Shown piece by piece: positions 51,811 to 64,000 of a DNA stretch of 64,000 bases (position 1 is the stretch's first letter; each line of letters opens with the position of its first letter). The translations under genes and the position numbers were made by a program. The notes under the pieces were generated by a model. It searched no databases. It was given only the letters and a program-made list of their open reading frames with translations, and was not told where the DNA came from. Source of the DNA: Heptranchias perlo (taxonomy: Eukaryota); contig NC_090340.1 in the NCBI RefSeq assembly GCF_035084215.1, forward strand, positions 4,340,001-4,404,000, given 5' to 3'.

Positions 51811-54800
51811 TCCTCTACTGCCCCATGTGATCTCCTGACACCATTCATGGCTCATCCGTTTCTGGCGGAGCCCACAGCTGCTTTTTGGTCTGCCTTAGTT
51901 GTCTTGTACTGTGGCTCTTCACAACTGCCCCTCCCCTTCTGCCGGTCAAAGATTCCCCAAGTCGATTCCCTGGGGAGCAATCTCTCCAGCCTCTTCCTTT
52001 CAGTTTTCCGCTGTCCAATTTGACGACACAAAGGCGGATCTTTAGCGAACATACAACCCTCCGAAATGTCCACTTCATTGTGAACAAGGCTGACCCCGTC
52101 CATGAGCTCACTTTGAGTTAAGCTATTTACACTGAGCACCTGTTTACAATCTGGATAACTGTCAGTGAATTAATTCCGTTCATCAAAGCCACCTCATCTG
52201 ACTATAGTTTCTACAATGCTCCCGCGCAAAGCAGAATGAAAGGAGCACAGGTCTCATCATAACGTGCTATCTTTGTCTTTCCTTCACTCTTTTAGCATTT
52301 TTTTCTCTCATTCTCGTAACGTTCTATTTTTGACACCTATTTTTAAACATCCTCATTGTCTATCGTCGTTCGATGCTCCGTGGAGATATTTCCCCGGTTA
52401 ACTTGCTTTTCTCTGCTTTTGCGTTTACACTGAGAAACCCTTAATTAGTTTTGATTTGAACAATTGTCGAATTTCACTTCTCCCTCCTCCTCTGATTTTC
52501 TGCTTACTGCCTTCGCTCAAAGGTACCGTGCACATCAACTTGCTCAACCATATCCATTGAGAACCTCGACCTATTGATCAGTTGAATTTTCGTTGCCGCA
52601 AGGAACTGACACGATCAATTTGGATTACTTCTTCATCCCCATTACTATCAAAGTCGCCCTACCTACCTTCAATCCCATTACCCTCACCTTCTTGGGACAA
52701 CATTCCTCCCAACTTCATGGGTGAGAAGCTGTTGAATTGCCAGTCGCCTCTCTTCTGCTCCTTTGTGTGCTGTGACACTGCTGCTTCTCTTACCTTGCTC
52801 AAAAGCTCACTATATTCTGCCTCTGACACACTAATCCCGACCTAGCCACACAATAAATATTTCCTCGATACAGTTCTCTGCTCTACAAACTTCAGTCAGA
52901 GAGCTACAGACTTGAGTGCACCTGGTGAATGACGGACCTACCAGCAGAATGAGTGGGAGGGTGGAATAGTATCACGTTGTGCATGGTCAGCTCTCCCTGC
53001 TATCAACTGGAGACTAATGACGTTCCAGATTCATTCCCCAACTACTAATCGCTTCTGCTGACTCCCATCCCTGATTGATCTTTTCCCACTTCGAACACTG
53101 CGAGGAGCATCTGATCAGTTTGGACTTCCACGTGCCTGCCTCATCCAGCACGTGCACCTATCTCTAGCCTTCGCCAAATCCGCTGTCAACCCTATCTGAC
53201 TACTTGTCACTCTGTACCCTTTCTCTCATCTCTCGCAGCCATTACGCTCTTCACCTCCATGATATCCGGTATCCTGGATCGTTTCCAGCCCGAACCTTTG
53301 GGCAATGAACTTTCATTACCTCACTGCTCACCGACATTGTTCGTGGGTCGTTTATGACAGATATCATTTCGCCAACATCCAAACTATTGTCAACTCCCCT
53401 TCCTCAAAAATCCCACTGTGAATCCCTCTCACACTCCAGCACTATCCTCTAATTTGGTCCTTGAGGTTCCTTGAACACATAATTGCTAATGGAGGTCTGT
53501 GCTCAGCTCTATTGCTATTCTGTAAAATGCTTTCCAAAAGGAGCACCTGTGGATGAAAGGTACTATGAAAGACGCATTTGACTGGGGGATAAGGAAACAT
53601 TGCCCACAAGAGCAATTCGGGATTGGCAAAAATGCTGGCCTTGCCAGCGACGCCCACATCCCATGAACGAATTTTAAAAAATGAAGAGCATGGGAATATG
53701 TTTTTCATAACACCTGTGGAGAGTATGTGCAACCATTGGAGAACGTGTCAGCGTGCAGCCGATTTCAGATTGCTTGGAAAAATTCGCTACCTACCTGATG
53801 TGTAACCAGACACATGGGTTTACATGACTTCAGCACACCTCGCAACATAAGTCCTTTCCAAGCATAACTACTGCGGATACGCCCTGGACAGAGACCTTAG
53901 GGGTAGCCTGTGCTTCTTCCACGGATGGTCCAACAGATGCCATAAGGACACCGGTGCCATCTTGGAGAATGCTGTCTCCACCAGTTTCCAAATAATTGGG
54001 GCTCGGACAGAGAAAAGTATCTCACATTATGTCTGCTTTCCTGTTGAGATTAAGCAAGTGGGCCCATAGTCCAGTACTGGCGGCATGGAAGAATGGATAC
54101 CGATAATTATGCTTTTCGAATTGCAACATATGTGGGACATCCAGCCTGACTCTTTCAATGCCTGCACATACGGATGAAAGCTTATAGGGCCAGCCTTTCC
54201 ATGGAGCTACACAAGAGCTTCAGTTTGCAGCAGAGCCATCTCATTAAGACACGGGCCAAATCAGTCCTAACAATACGGATAACAATGCAAGTCCTGAATT
54301 TCACTTCACCAAAATTATGACTACAGATGTGTGCTCCTGGTCTTAGTGCAGACAACACGATATTTGGAGTCAACTAAGTGGCTTTATAAATCCAACTTTT
54401 TAAATCAATGTTGGATATTTCCTGTTAAGTTATAGTTATACAAATACTCTTCCAGTCGTTTGCTTAGAATAGCCGTCATTACTTTACTTGCGAGTAGTGC
54501 CATGTTAAAGGTCCCATAGTTATGTTGCTTAAATGTGGAGCCTGTTTAAGTACATATATATCTGTTGTCAGCTCTGTGGAATCACAACAGACTCCAATGA
54601 TTCCTTCATGCAAATAGCCAATGTCCAATAAATGTCCTCAATTAACTACAATACATCGGTGTACCAAGGAATTTGTTCGTTAATGTGTGAAATCCACTTT
54701 GATGAATTATTACAAAATACATTGGTTGAATAAATAACTGGTTTATAGTCTTCTTCAGCTAAAGATAAGGACAAACAGACTGAGCGACATAAATGAGCAA

Positions 54801-54933
54801 TTTTCTACAAATATTGTTAAACGCCTGAATGGTTGGGAATATCGGTTTGCAGAAAATCTGTTCTGAATTGAGACCATATTATGCGGTATCACAATGCTTA
54901 TTTTTACTGAGAGATGGAATATGTAATGTTGAG

Positions 54934-54997
54934 TTGCACTTAATGTGGATATTAGGCTAATATCTGCACTTAATGTGAATATTAGGCTAATATCTGC
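54934..54997. repeat. 30-bp tandem duplication
   Basis: tgcacttaatgtg(g/a)atattaggctaatatc twice. Confidence 0.85.
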
Positions 54998-55029
54998 CAA
55001 CAGTAATTTATTGACTAATACGTCTGAGG

Positions 55030-57865
55030 TACATAGGAACAGGAGTCGGCCATTCAGACCCTCGAGATTGTTCCACCATTAAATGAAATTATGGCTGATC
55101 TGTATCCTAACTCCATCCACCCGCCTTGGGGTCATGTGCTTTAATACCCGAAGCTAGCAAAAAGCTAGCAATCTCAGATTTAAAATTAATAATTGAGTTA
55201 GCATCTATTCATTTTTGTTGGAGAGAGTTCCACACTTATATTAAACCTTGAGTGATGAAGTGCTTCCTAACTTTTCTCCTGATTGGCCTGGCTCTGATTT
55301 TACGGTTATTGTCCTTGACTCCCCCACCAATGGAAAATATTTCTCTCTATCTACCCTTTCAATTCCTTACAAAATCCTAAGAAACTCAATCAAATCACCC
55401 CTTAACCTTCTATTAATGCATACCTAATTTATATAACGTCTCCTCATAACCTAATCCTTGTAGCCCTGGTAACATTCTGGTGAATCTGAGCTGCAGTCCT
55501 TCCACGGCCAATATATCCATTTTAGGGTGCAGTGTCCAGAACTGTACATAGTACATCAGATGTCATCTAATCAGGGCTCCGTATTGCAGTAGCAAAACAC
55601 CCTTCCCTTTATATTCTAGCCCTCTAGTTATAAAGGCTAACATTCCATTAAACGTGTTGACCGCTATATATTAGGTATGTGTTTACATTGACCTCTAAAT
55701 CTCGTTGGACCCCCACTGTTCCTAGTTTTTCACCACTTAAAAAATATTCGGATCTCTTTTTTTGGTCCAAAATGGATGACCTTACACTTACCTGCGTTGA
55801 CATCCATCTGCCACACTTTTGCCCACACACTTAATCTATTAATGCCTTATTGTAATTTTATGGTCCGGTCTACACTACTTACTATGCCACCAATATGCCA
55901 CTAATATCATCAACAAACGTGTATATATGACTTTCTATTTTGTTATCTAAGTCATTAATAAATATACTGAATATTTGAGGCCCCAGCACAGATCCTTGTG
56001 GGACACCACTATTCCTTCCAATTCTATACGCATAATAGATATATCCATATCCATTATGCGTAATCCCTGCCTGCTACCGCCTAACCAATCTCCTAACCAG
56101 GCCAATAATTTGCTTTCAATTCCAAAAGCTTTAATTTAGACAACAGTTTCTTACGTGGAACCTTATCGAATGCCTTCTGGAAGTCCATATAAAATACATC
56201 CATAAGCATTCCCCTTTCTGCTACTTTAATTACTTCCTTCAAAATTTCAATTAGTTTCGTTAGACTTGACCTACCCTTTACAAATCCATGTTGGCTCTCT
56301 CTAATCAGATCAAATTTATCTCAGTGCTCAGTCATACGACCCTTAATTATAGAGTCAATAGCTTCCTCACAACAGATGATAGACTAACAAATCTATAATA
56401 TACTGCCTTCTCTCTCGCCTTTCTTAAATAACAGAGTTACATTTGTAATTTTCCAATCTATAGGGGCAATTCCTGAATCGAGAGAGCTTTGGATGATTAT
56501 GTCTAAAGCATTTTCAATTTCCTCACCGAATTCCTTTAAAACACTGGGGTTGAATCCATCAGGTCCTGCGGATTTGTCAGTCTTTAGTGCCATTATTTAT
56601 TTAATATTGTTTTCATGGTTACGTTAACTTTAGTGAGTTCCAGTCCTTGTTTCGTTGTTAGTTTCCCTGCAATGTAAGGCATATTATCCACTTCCTCCAC
56701 GATGAAGACTGACATAAAGTAATTAACACTTCTGCCATTTCCGTATTTTCATTTGCAATATTACCCACATCTGTTTTTAAATGGCCCACATTACCCTTAA
56801 CTACAACTTTTCTTCTAATATAATGGAAACAAATTTTTGTGTTATTCTTGATATTCCTATCAAGATTTATTGGTAATGCCATCGATCAAATGCATTTCTC
56901 ACTATCTCCCCTCAGGTTCTTTTGATAATTATATTAAATCGGTGTCCTTTGGTTACCGGCCCACCTGCCAGTGGAAACAATTACTCCTCATATACTATAT
57001 CAAAACCCTTCAAAGTTTTGAACACGTCTATTGAAGCTCCCGTTAAGCTTCTCTGATCTGAGGAAATTAATTCCAGAATCTCCAGTCTCTGCACATAAAT
57101 GACGTTCCTTATCTCTGGTATCGTTCTGGTAAATTTACTCTGCACCCACTCTAAGGCATTGATATCTTTCCTAAAGTGTGTTGCCCAGAATTGGAGACAA
57201 TACTATAGCTGAGGTAAACCAGCGAATATCGAACCGTTTGGCAAAACTTACTGCTTTTGTACTCTATATCTCTATTTTTGGACCTCATTATCTGGTATGC
57301 TTCTTTTTAGCAGCTTGATCAAATTGTCGTGCCGCTTTCAATGATGTGTATGTGCACCAGCAGGTCTCTCTGTTCCTGCACCCCCTTTAAAATTGTACCA
57401 TTTACTTTAGTTTGCCTATCCCCATTCTTCGTACCAAAATGCAGCACTTCACACTTACCTGGATCAAATTTCATCTGCCGTCTGTCTGCCCATTTCACCA
57501 GTCTATGTCCTCCTGAAGTCGGCTACTATTCTCCTCACTGTTTACTACATGAGTTTCGTGTCATATGAAAATTTTGGAATTATGCCCTGTATATCCAAGT
57601 CCAGGTCAATAATATATCAAAAAGAACAGTTGTCCTAATACTGTCCTCCGAGGGACATCAATGTAGACTTCCCTCCAGTCTGAAAAGCAACCGGTCGTCA
57701 CTACTCCCTGCTCCCTGCTTATTAGCCAATTTCGTATCCACGCTGCCACTGCTCGTTTAATCCAGTGGGTTTCAATTTTGCTTAAAAGATTACTACGTGG
57801 CACCCTATCAAGCGATGTTTGAACGTCCTTATACACAACATCAACTGCACCAACTTCATCAACTC
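55030..57865 (-). mobile_element. Two adjacent degraded CR1 fragments (~55030-56880 and ~56885-57865)
   Basis: DKSAGPDGFNPSVLKE, VGVQRDL, GCFSDWREV. Confidence 0.88.
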
Positions 57866-59559
57866 TCTGAAATGCAATGATTGAAACCCTATCACATAAC
57901 AGCTACATTCTGGAACTTGAAGTATGAAAAATAAATATTTAATTTGTGCTCTTCTGCGTCTGAAAAGTGATTGAATAAATTTAAGAAAATGGGCACGAAT
58001 GTTCGGGAAGGGGAAGCGATAGGTGAGCGTTCGTAACTGGAACTTTATGCACCAGGCGTAGGGGATGGGGGAGGGGCACGGAGGGGGGTGTGTGGTTGTG
58101 GTGTGTTCAGGAAAAGTTTAGAAGAGGCATTACAGCAGAGCAGTTTCTGTAAACGTAAATGCTTCTTGACTAAAATAATCTAAAATGAGATAGCATGGAG
58201 AGAGTGAAGGGGCATGCAAGGTAGACATTTTACTAGTAAACTGTTTTGAACAGTTTGTCCGTGGGAATTGATATCTGATAGTGTCTGCTTCTATATATAA
58301 ACGAGCATTAATTTTTAATCCGTTAAACCAAAATCAGAGATTCATTTACTTCAGAGGTCCAAGGAAATTTATCCAAAAAATCCATAGACGTAGCCCTATT
58401 TATGGCTGTTCAGGTATTTGAGAAGCCGCAAGCAACCTATAGTCTTATTAGTTGTTACTTTGGCCCTGCCCTTTTCGGGAGGGTGGTGATGAAAGGCGCA
58501 GGATAACGGCTGGGAGAGAACGTGCTCAGTTTTCATTAGGATAACAATCACCAGCAGGAATAGCAGCCACAGTATCTGAACCAGGCCACATATCCCCATT
58601 GAAGTCTAGCTGACTCGCGGTATTAAACAGCCCTTGAACCGTAAAATTACCTGTTGTTACATAAACACTGGAATTTGGCAAAGGTGGTAATGGCCAGCTG
58701 CATTGGAAATTTAGATGCAAGATTTCTCAGCTCAGCTGTTGCTAGCCAAATCTTAAAATTGTTCTAAAATAATTGGGCTGCAACGTCGCTAGAAATAAAT
58801 TTCCCGTTGAGTTTACGATTTGCTAATATATGGTGACCTGACAGAAAACATCTCCGCAAATGTATAATAGTTAACATTAATGTCCGCACATCGTATTTCC
58901 ATCAAGTTGCAATCAGAAGACTTACATTCAATGCTTGAACTGCTGGTGCCCGGAAATGGACCAATGAACAGTTTATTTCATTGATCTCCAAATAGTGAGG
59001 TGCTTGTGATCACATCATTGCTCAACAAGACTTTAAAATAGGTCAGAAAGCAAACTGCTCCTCAGCTCAAAATCTCAGTTACTTCCGGCAGAATAATGTA
59101 CGTCCAAATAGGTAGAGTTTAGCCGAATAGTAGAAGCCACAAATGAACTATTTCACTGATGTAGATATAGTGCTTCAAAATGTATTGACTGGTGCAAAGA
59201 GACGCTTGATCTCTAATCCGAAACATTATCATGATCAGTAAATACATTTAAAAGAAACCCAAAGATAATAATGTACAAACTGCTATCATCATGAAACAAC
59301 TTTCCTTGTTAGCAAATACTTTGAAATGCAATGTATCACTGTAACTGAATGAGAAAATGAATAACACGAGATTTTTCATGGACTAGGGTCTGACGGATCT
59401 CGTCAGAAACAGTTTTCATTTCCAATAGGTAATGGGAAGTGACCCCGACGGTAGACAAAGGATGATAGAGATGGTCTCGTCGCTGATGTAAACCACAAAA
59501 TAAATTCATTGTAATCAGAGAACGGACTTATCACAGTGGCACTATTCTTGCCTAACAAA

Positions 59560-60760
59560 GCTAGGCGATTTTTTACGGAGGTAACTACCGTGGGAGAAAA
59601 GGGACTCTGTATAGATGTATTTATATGGAATTGCAGGAGGCATTCGACAAGGTTCCACATAAGAGACTGTTAACAAAAATGAGATCGCATAGAATTGTAG
59701 GTATCCTTTAGGCTTGGATAGGGAATTGGTTAGGTATTAGAAGACAGAGAGTAGGGATAATGGGTATGTACTCAAATTGGCAGGATGGACTACTGATGAC
59801 ACCTAGGCATCTGCACCAGGGCCTCAGCTCTACACTGTATTTATAAATGACTTGGATGAAGGTATATCTAATTTGCCTATGACACCAAATTAGGTGGCAG
59901 AGTAAATATTTTAGATTGGAGTGGGAAGTTGGAAAGCGTCATTGTTAGATCAAATGAAAGGGCAAAACTGTGGCAGATGGAGTTCAAGGTGGGAAAGTGT
60001 GAGGTCATCCATTTTGGAGCGAAGAAAGATCAGAATATTTTCTAATCGGCGAGAAGCTTCGAACTGTGGATGAGCAGAGAAATTTACAGATCCAAGAACA
60101 GTAATCATTAAAAGCCAGTGAACATTTACAAACAATAATTTAAAAGGTTAATGTAACGTTGGCCTTTATCTCAAGAGGGTTGGAATACAAAGGTGTAGAA
60201 GTTATGTTACAGCTGTGTAGAGATCTGAGTAGACCCCATCTGGAGTACTGCAGTTAGTTGCTGGCACTGCACCTGAGGAAGAATACATTGGCTTTGGAGG
60301 GGGTGCAGCACAGATTCACCAGTATTATAACGGGGCTAAAAGGATTAAATTATGAGGCCAAGCATTGAATAGGCGTGTATTCCCTTGCGTATAAAAGATT
60401 AAGGAGTGATCTAATTGAAGTGTTTAAGATTATAAAATGACTCGATAGAACACCAGCGGGAAAGTCCAGGACAAGGGGGCATAACCTTAAAATTCGAGCT
60501 AGGCCGTTCAGGGTGATGTCAGGAAGCACTTCTTCCCACAGAAGGTAGTGGAAGTCTGGAACGCTCTTCCTCAAAAAGCTGTTCAGGCTAGGTACATTGA
60601 AAATTTCAAAACTGAGATTGATAAATCTTTGTTAGGCAACGGTATTAAGTGTTATGGAAACAAACCGCTTAGCTGGAGTTAAGTTACAAATCAGCATGGT
60701 ATAATTGAATGGCAGAATAGGCTCGAAGGGCTGAATGGCCTACGCCTGTTCCTATGCTCC
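59560..60760 (+). mobile_element. CR1 LINE, degraded
   Basis: Decayed AFDKVPH...WQMEF...PHLEYC motifs; tail cctgttcctatg. Confidence 0.88.
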
Positions 60761-61474
60761 CATTTTCCAATGAAATTGTAAAAATACTAGCCTCATTCAT
60801 ATGAGGGAACCGATTAAGTGGAGTGACTGGGGGAGAGGATTTGTTAACTACAGGCTGTGCAGGATGCATTAGTCTATCTTATTCCAGCTTTTAAAATTAT
60901 TTTCTTCATTTCGGATGCTATTTATTTAACCTACGTTTACTGGTTTCATATATGTTGGTAAACAGAAAAGATAAGTTCTCAATTTTCGGGGTATACATTT
61001 TACAAATCGCCTGTAAGATCTACATGATGCCTTTGAATGCATTTTCTACACTGCCATTTTAGTTAAGAGACTCTACTTCTCCCAATCCATATGGCGAAGG
61101 AATGATAAATGCACAATTCTGTTGGGTGACAGAAAATAAAACAAAGGCCAGTGGATCAGAGTGACACAGCAGGAGGAAGATAAATGTCTGTCATTTGTTC
61201 GCAACAATTACCAACCTATCTGCTTCAAGACCGAGGATAGAAGAGCAGTTCATTTGTAATCTAACACTGAACTGTGGATGAACGTTTTGTTTTTGCAAAT
61301 TGAGCTGAAGTCATCTCCATCCACTTCACGTTGACTACAACCCAAGAGAGCAAGAAACGGGGAGGGTAGATTCCAATTCTTAGGCCTATGCCTGTGCCGA
61401 ATTGGAGTTGAGGTTATTGATTGAAATAACGTTCTAATCCGTCGTATTAGCTGGTTCTCATTACGTTTAATTGA

Positions 61475-63270
61475 ATCATAAAATCATACAGCACCGAAGG
61501 AACCCATTCGGTGCATCGTGACTGTGCCCACTCTTTGAAAGTGCTATCCAATTAGTCCCACTCCCCTGCTCTTTCCCGTAGCCCTGCAGTTGTTTTCTTT
61601 TTCAATTTATTTTTGAAAGTTACTAATGAATCTGCTTCCAGCACCCTTGGAAGCCGTTCATTTCAGCTCATTACAGTTCGCTTCACGAAAAAAAATCACT
61701 TCATCTTCCTTCTGGTTCTTTGGCTAATTATCTTAATCTGTGTCTTCAGTTCCCAACCCTCCCGCCAATGGAAACATTTTTTCTTTATCGAAGCCCGGCA
61801 TAATTGTGAACACCTCTATTAAATTTCACCTTAATGTATGCTGATCTAAGGCGATCAATCGCAGCTTGTCTAATTACTCCACATGATCAAATCCCCCCAC
61901 CCTGCTATAATTCTGCGCATCTCATCACCATCCTTTCCAAGGCTTTGGCATCCTTCCTAAAGTAAGGTGCCTCGACTTGAGCATAATACTCCGGCTAAGG
62001 CCTAACCAGTGTTTTATAATGGTTTCGCATAACTTCCTTGTTTTTGTACTCTGTGCCAGTATTTATAAAGCCAAGATCCCGAATGCTTTGTTAACATTTT
62101 GAACAACTTGTCCTGCCACCATCAAAGATTTGGGTATGTGAACCCCCAGGTCTCTATGAAAGTACACCCCCTCTAAAATTCTACCATTTAATTAATATTG
62201 CCTCTCCTAATTCATCCTTCCAAAATGCATCACCTCACACGTCTCCGTATGAAATTTCGTCTGCCATATGTTTGCCCATTTCACTCGTCTGTCTACGTCC
62301 TCCTGAAGTTTGCTACTATCATCCTCACAGTTTACTACATTTACGAGTTTAACATCATCTGCTAACTTTGAAATTATGCTCTGTATACCGAAGTCCATGT
62401 TATTAATATATATCAACTGGAGCAGTGGTCCCAACACTGAACCTTGGGGTACACCACTGTATTATTCCCTCCAGTCTGCAAAACAACAGTTAACCACTGC
62501 ACTCTGCTTTCTGACTCTCAGACAATTTTATGTCCACGCTGTCACTGCCCCATTAATCCTATTGGATTGCATTTTGCTAACAAAGCTATTATGTGGCACT
62601 TTGTCAAACGTCCTTTGAAAGTCCATTAACACAACAGAAGCTGCACTACACTCATCACCTCTTTCCGTTAGGTCACTGAAGAACTCAGTTAAGTTTGCGA
62701 GACACGATATGCATTTCACAAATCCGTGCTGGCTGTTTTTATGAACGCATGCTTATAGAAGTGACAATTCATTTTGTCCCGGATTATGGTTTCTAGAAGT
62801 TTTCCCGCCATCGACGTTGGGCTGACTCACCTGTTCTTACGGGGTTTATCTCTCTCCCCTTTTTTGAACAGGGGTTTGACATTTGCAACCCTACAATCCA
62901 CATGCATCACTCCCATACGCAAGGAGGATTGAAAGCTTGTGGCCAGAGCTTCCATTATTTCCACTCGTCCTTCCCTCAGAAACCTAGGATGAATACCATA
63001 TGGACGTAGTGACTTTTCTACATTGAACGCTGCCAACCTTTTAAGTACCTCCTCATTATCTATTTTCATCCTCTCCAATCTCTCTGCTCACTCCTTCTTT
63101 ACTGTGACATTGGCAGCATCCTCTTCTTTTGTGACGACAGGTGCAAAGTATTAATTTAGTACGTAGACCATGCACTCTGCCTCCACAAAAAAAAAACCTT
63201 TTGGTCCCTAACAGGCCCCACCCTTCCTTCGACTATCCTATTATTCTTTATATGTTTATAAATTACTTTT
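61475..63270 (-). mobile_element. CR1 LINE, degraded
   Basis: MDFQRTFDKVPH, LGPLL.LIYIN...KLADD, PLFKKGERDKP. Confidence 0.9.
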
Positions 63271-63321
63271 GTGTTCTAATTTCAACGTAATTTAAAAGGG
63301 GTAACTCAGCTAAGGCAAGTC

Positions 63322-64000
63322 ATGGCAGCAGACCTCGCACCCGTGATATGCTCCTCCTGCAAGATGTGGGAAGTCATGGACACTACCAGTGTCCCTGCCG
63401 ACCATGTGTGCGGGAAGTGTGTCCACCTGCAGCTACTGACCGATCGTATCTCGGAGCTGGAGCTGCGGGTGGACTCACTGTGGAGCATCCGCGATGCAGA
63501 GAAACTCGTGGATAGCACGTTTAGCGAGTTGGTCACACCGCAGGTAAAGGGTATACAGGCAGGAAGTGAATGGGTGACCACCAGGAAGAGGAAGAGATGC
63601 AGGCAGGTAGTGCAGGGGTCCCCTGTGTCCATCCCCCTCTCAAGCAGATATGCCACTTTGGATGCTGTTGGGGGGGATGACTTATCAGGGGAAGGCAGCA
63701 GCAGCCAACTTCCTGGCACCACGGGTAGCTCTGCTGCACAGGCTGGGAGGAAAAAGAGTGGCAGAGCTATAGTGATAGGGGACTCAATTGTAAGGGGAAT
63801 AGACAGGCGTTTCTGCGGCCGCAACCGAGACTCCAGGATGGTGTGTTGCCTCCCTGGTGCAAGGATCAAGGATGTCTCGGAGCGGCTACAGAACATTTTG
63901 GAGGGGGAGGGCGAACAGCCAGCTGTCGTGGTGCACATAGGCACGAACGATACAGGTAAAAAAGGGGATGAGGTCCTAAAAGCAGAATATAGGGAGTTAG
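63322..64000 (+). mobile_element. CR1 ORF1 (Cys motifs, coiled coil, SGNH esterase), open to the window edge
   Basis: MAADLAPVICSSCKMWE...CGKCVHLQLLTDRISELELRV...AIVIGDSIVRG...CCLPGA...VVVHIGTND; no stop in 226 codons. Not in the ORF track, presumably because it runs off the end. Confidence 0.93.

Noticed and set aside
63306-63944. 212-aa minus-strand ORF
   Set aside because: Antisense shadow of the open CR1 ORF1 on the plus strand.
1-64000. CRISPR arrays, rRNA or true tRNA genes, prokaryotic systems
   Set aside because: No repeat-spacer arrays or operons. tRNA-like boxes occur only as SINE heads, and the sequence is intron-rich vertebrate DNA.

Overview
Vertebrate genomic DNA, most likely a cartilaginous fish (shark/ray). 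The organism is inferred from the repeat content: abundant CR1 LINEs with short (CTATGATT/CTATGACT/CCTATGTT)n tails, L2, Penelope, tRNA-derived SINEs and Harbinger-type DNA elements. Most ORFs in the supplied track are decayed CR1 reverse transcriptase/endonuclease pieces or their antisense shadows. Among the repeats is one six-exon minus-strand immunoglobulin-superfamily receptor gene (33914->18116) that the ORF track shows only in pieces. Its exons encode a leader, an NKp30-like V domain with a germline-joined J-type G strand, a C1-set domain, an uncharged TM segment, a short linker, and a tail with ITIM (LTYASL) and ITSM-like (TEYAQL) motifs. All junctions are GT-AG and phase-compatible (1002 nt spliced, 333 codons plus stop), but the V exon carries a single in-frame TAG at 33495-33493, so this copy is a very young pseudogene, a null allele or a base-call error. 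Other points: a 536-bp near-identical local duplication pasted into a SINE, three-level nested CR1 insertions with an 8-bp TSD, a Harbinger Myb/SANT remnant and an intact CR1 ORF1 running off the right edge. Exon coordinates were derived base by base; repeat boundaries are approximate. No database searches were run.
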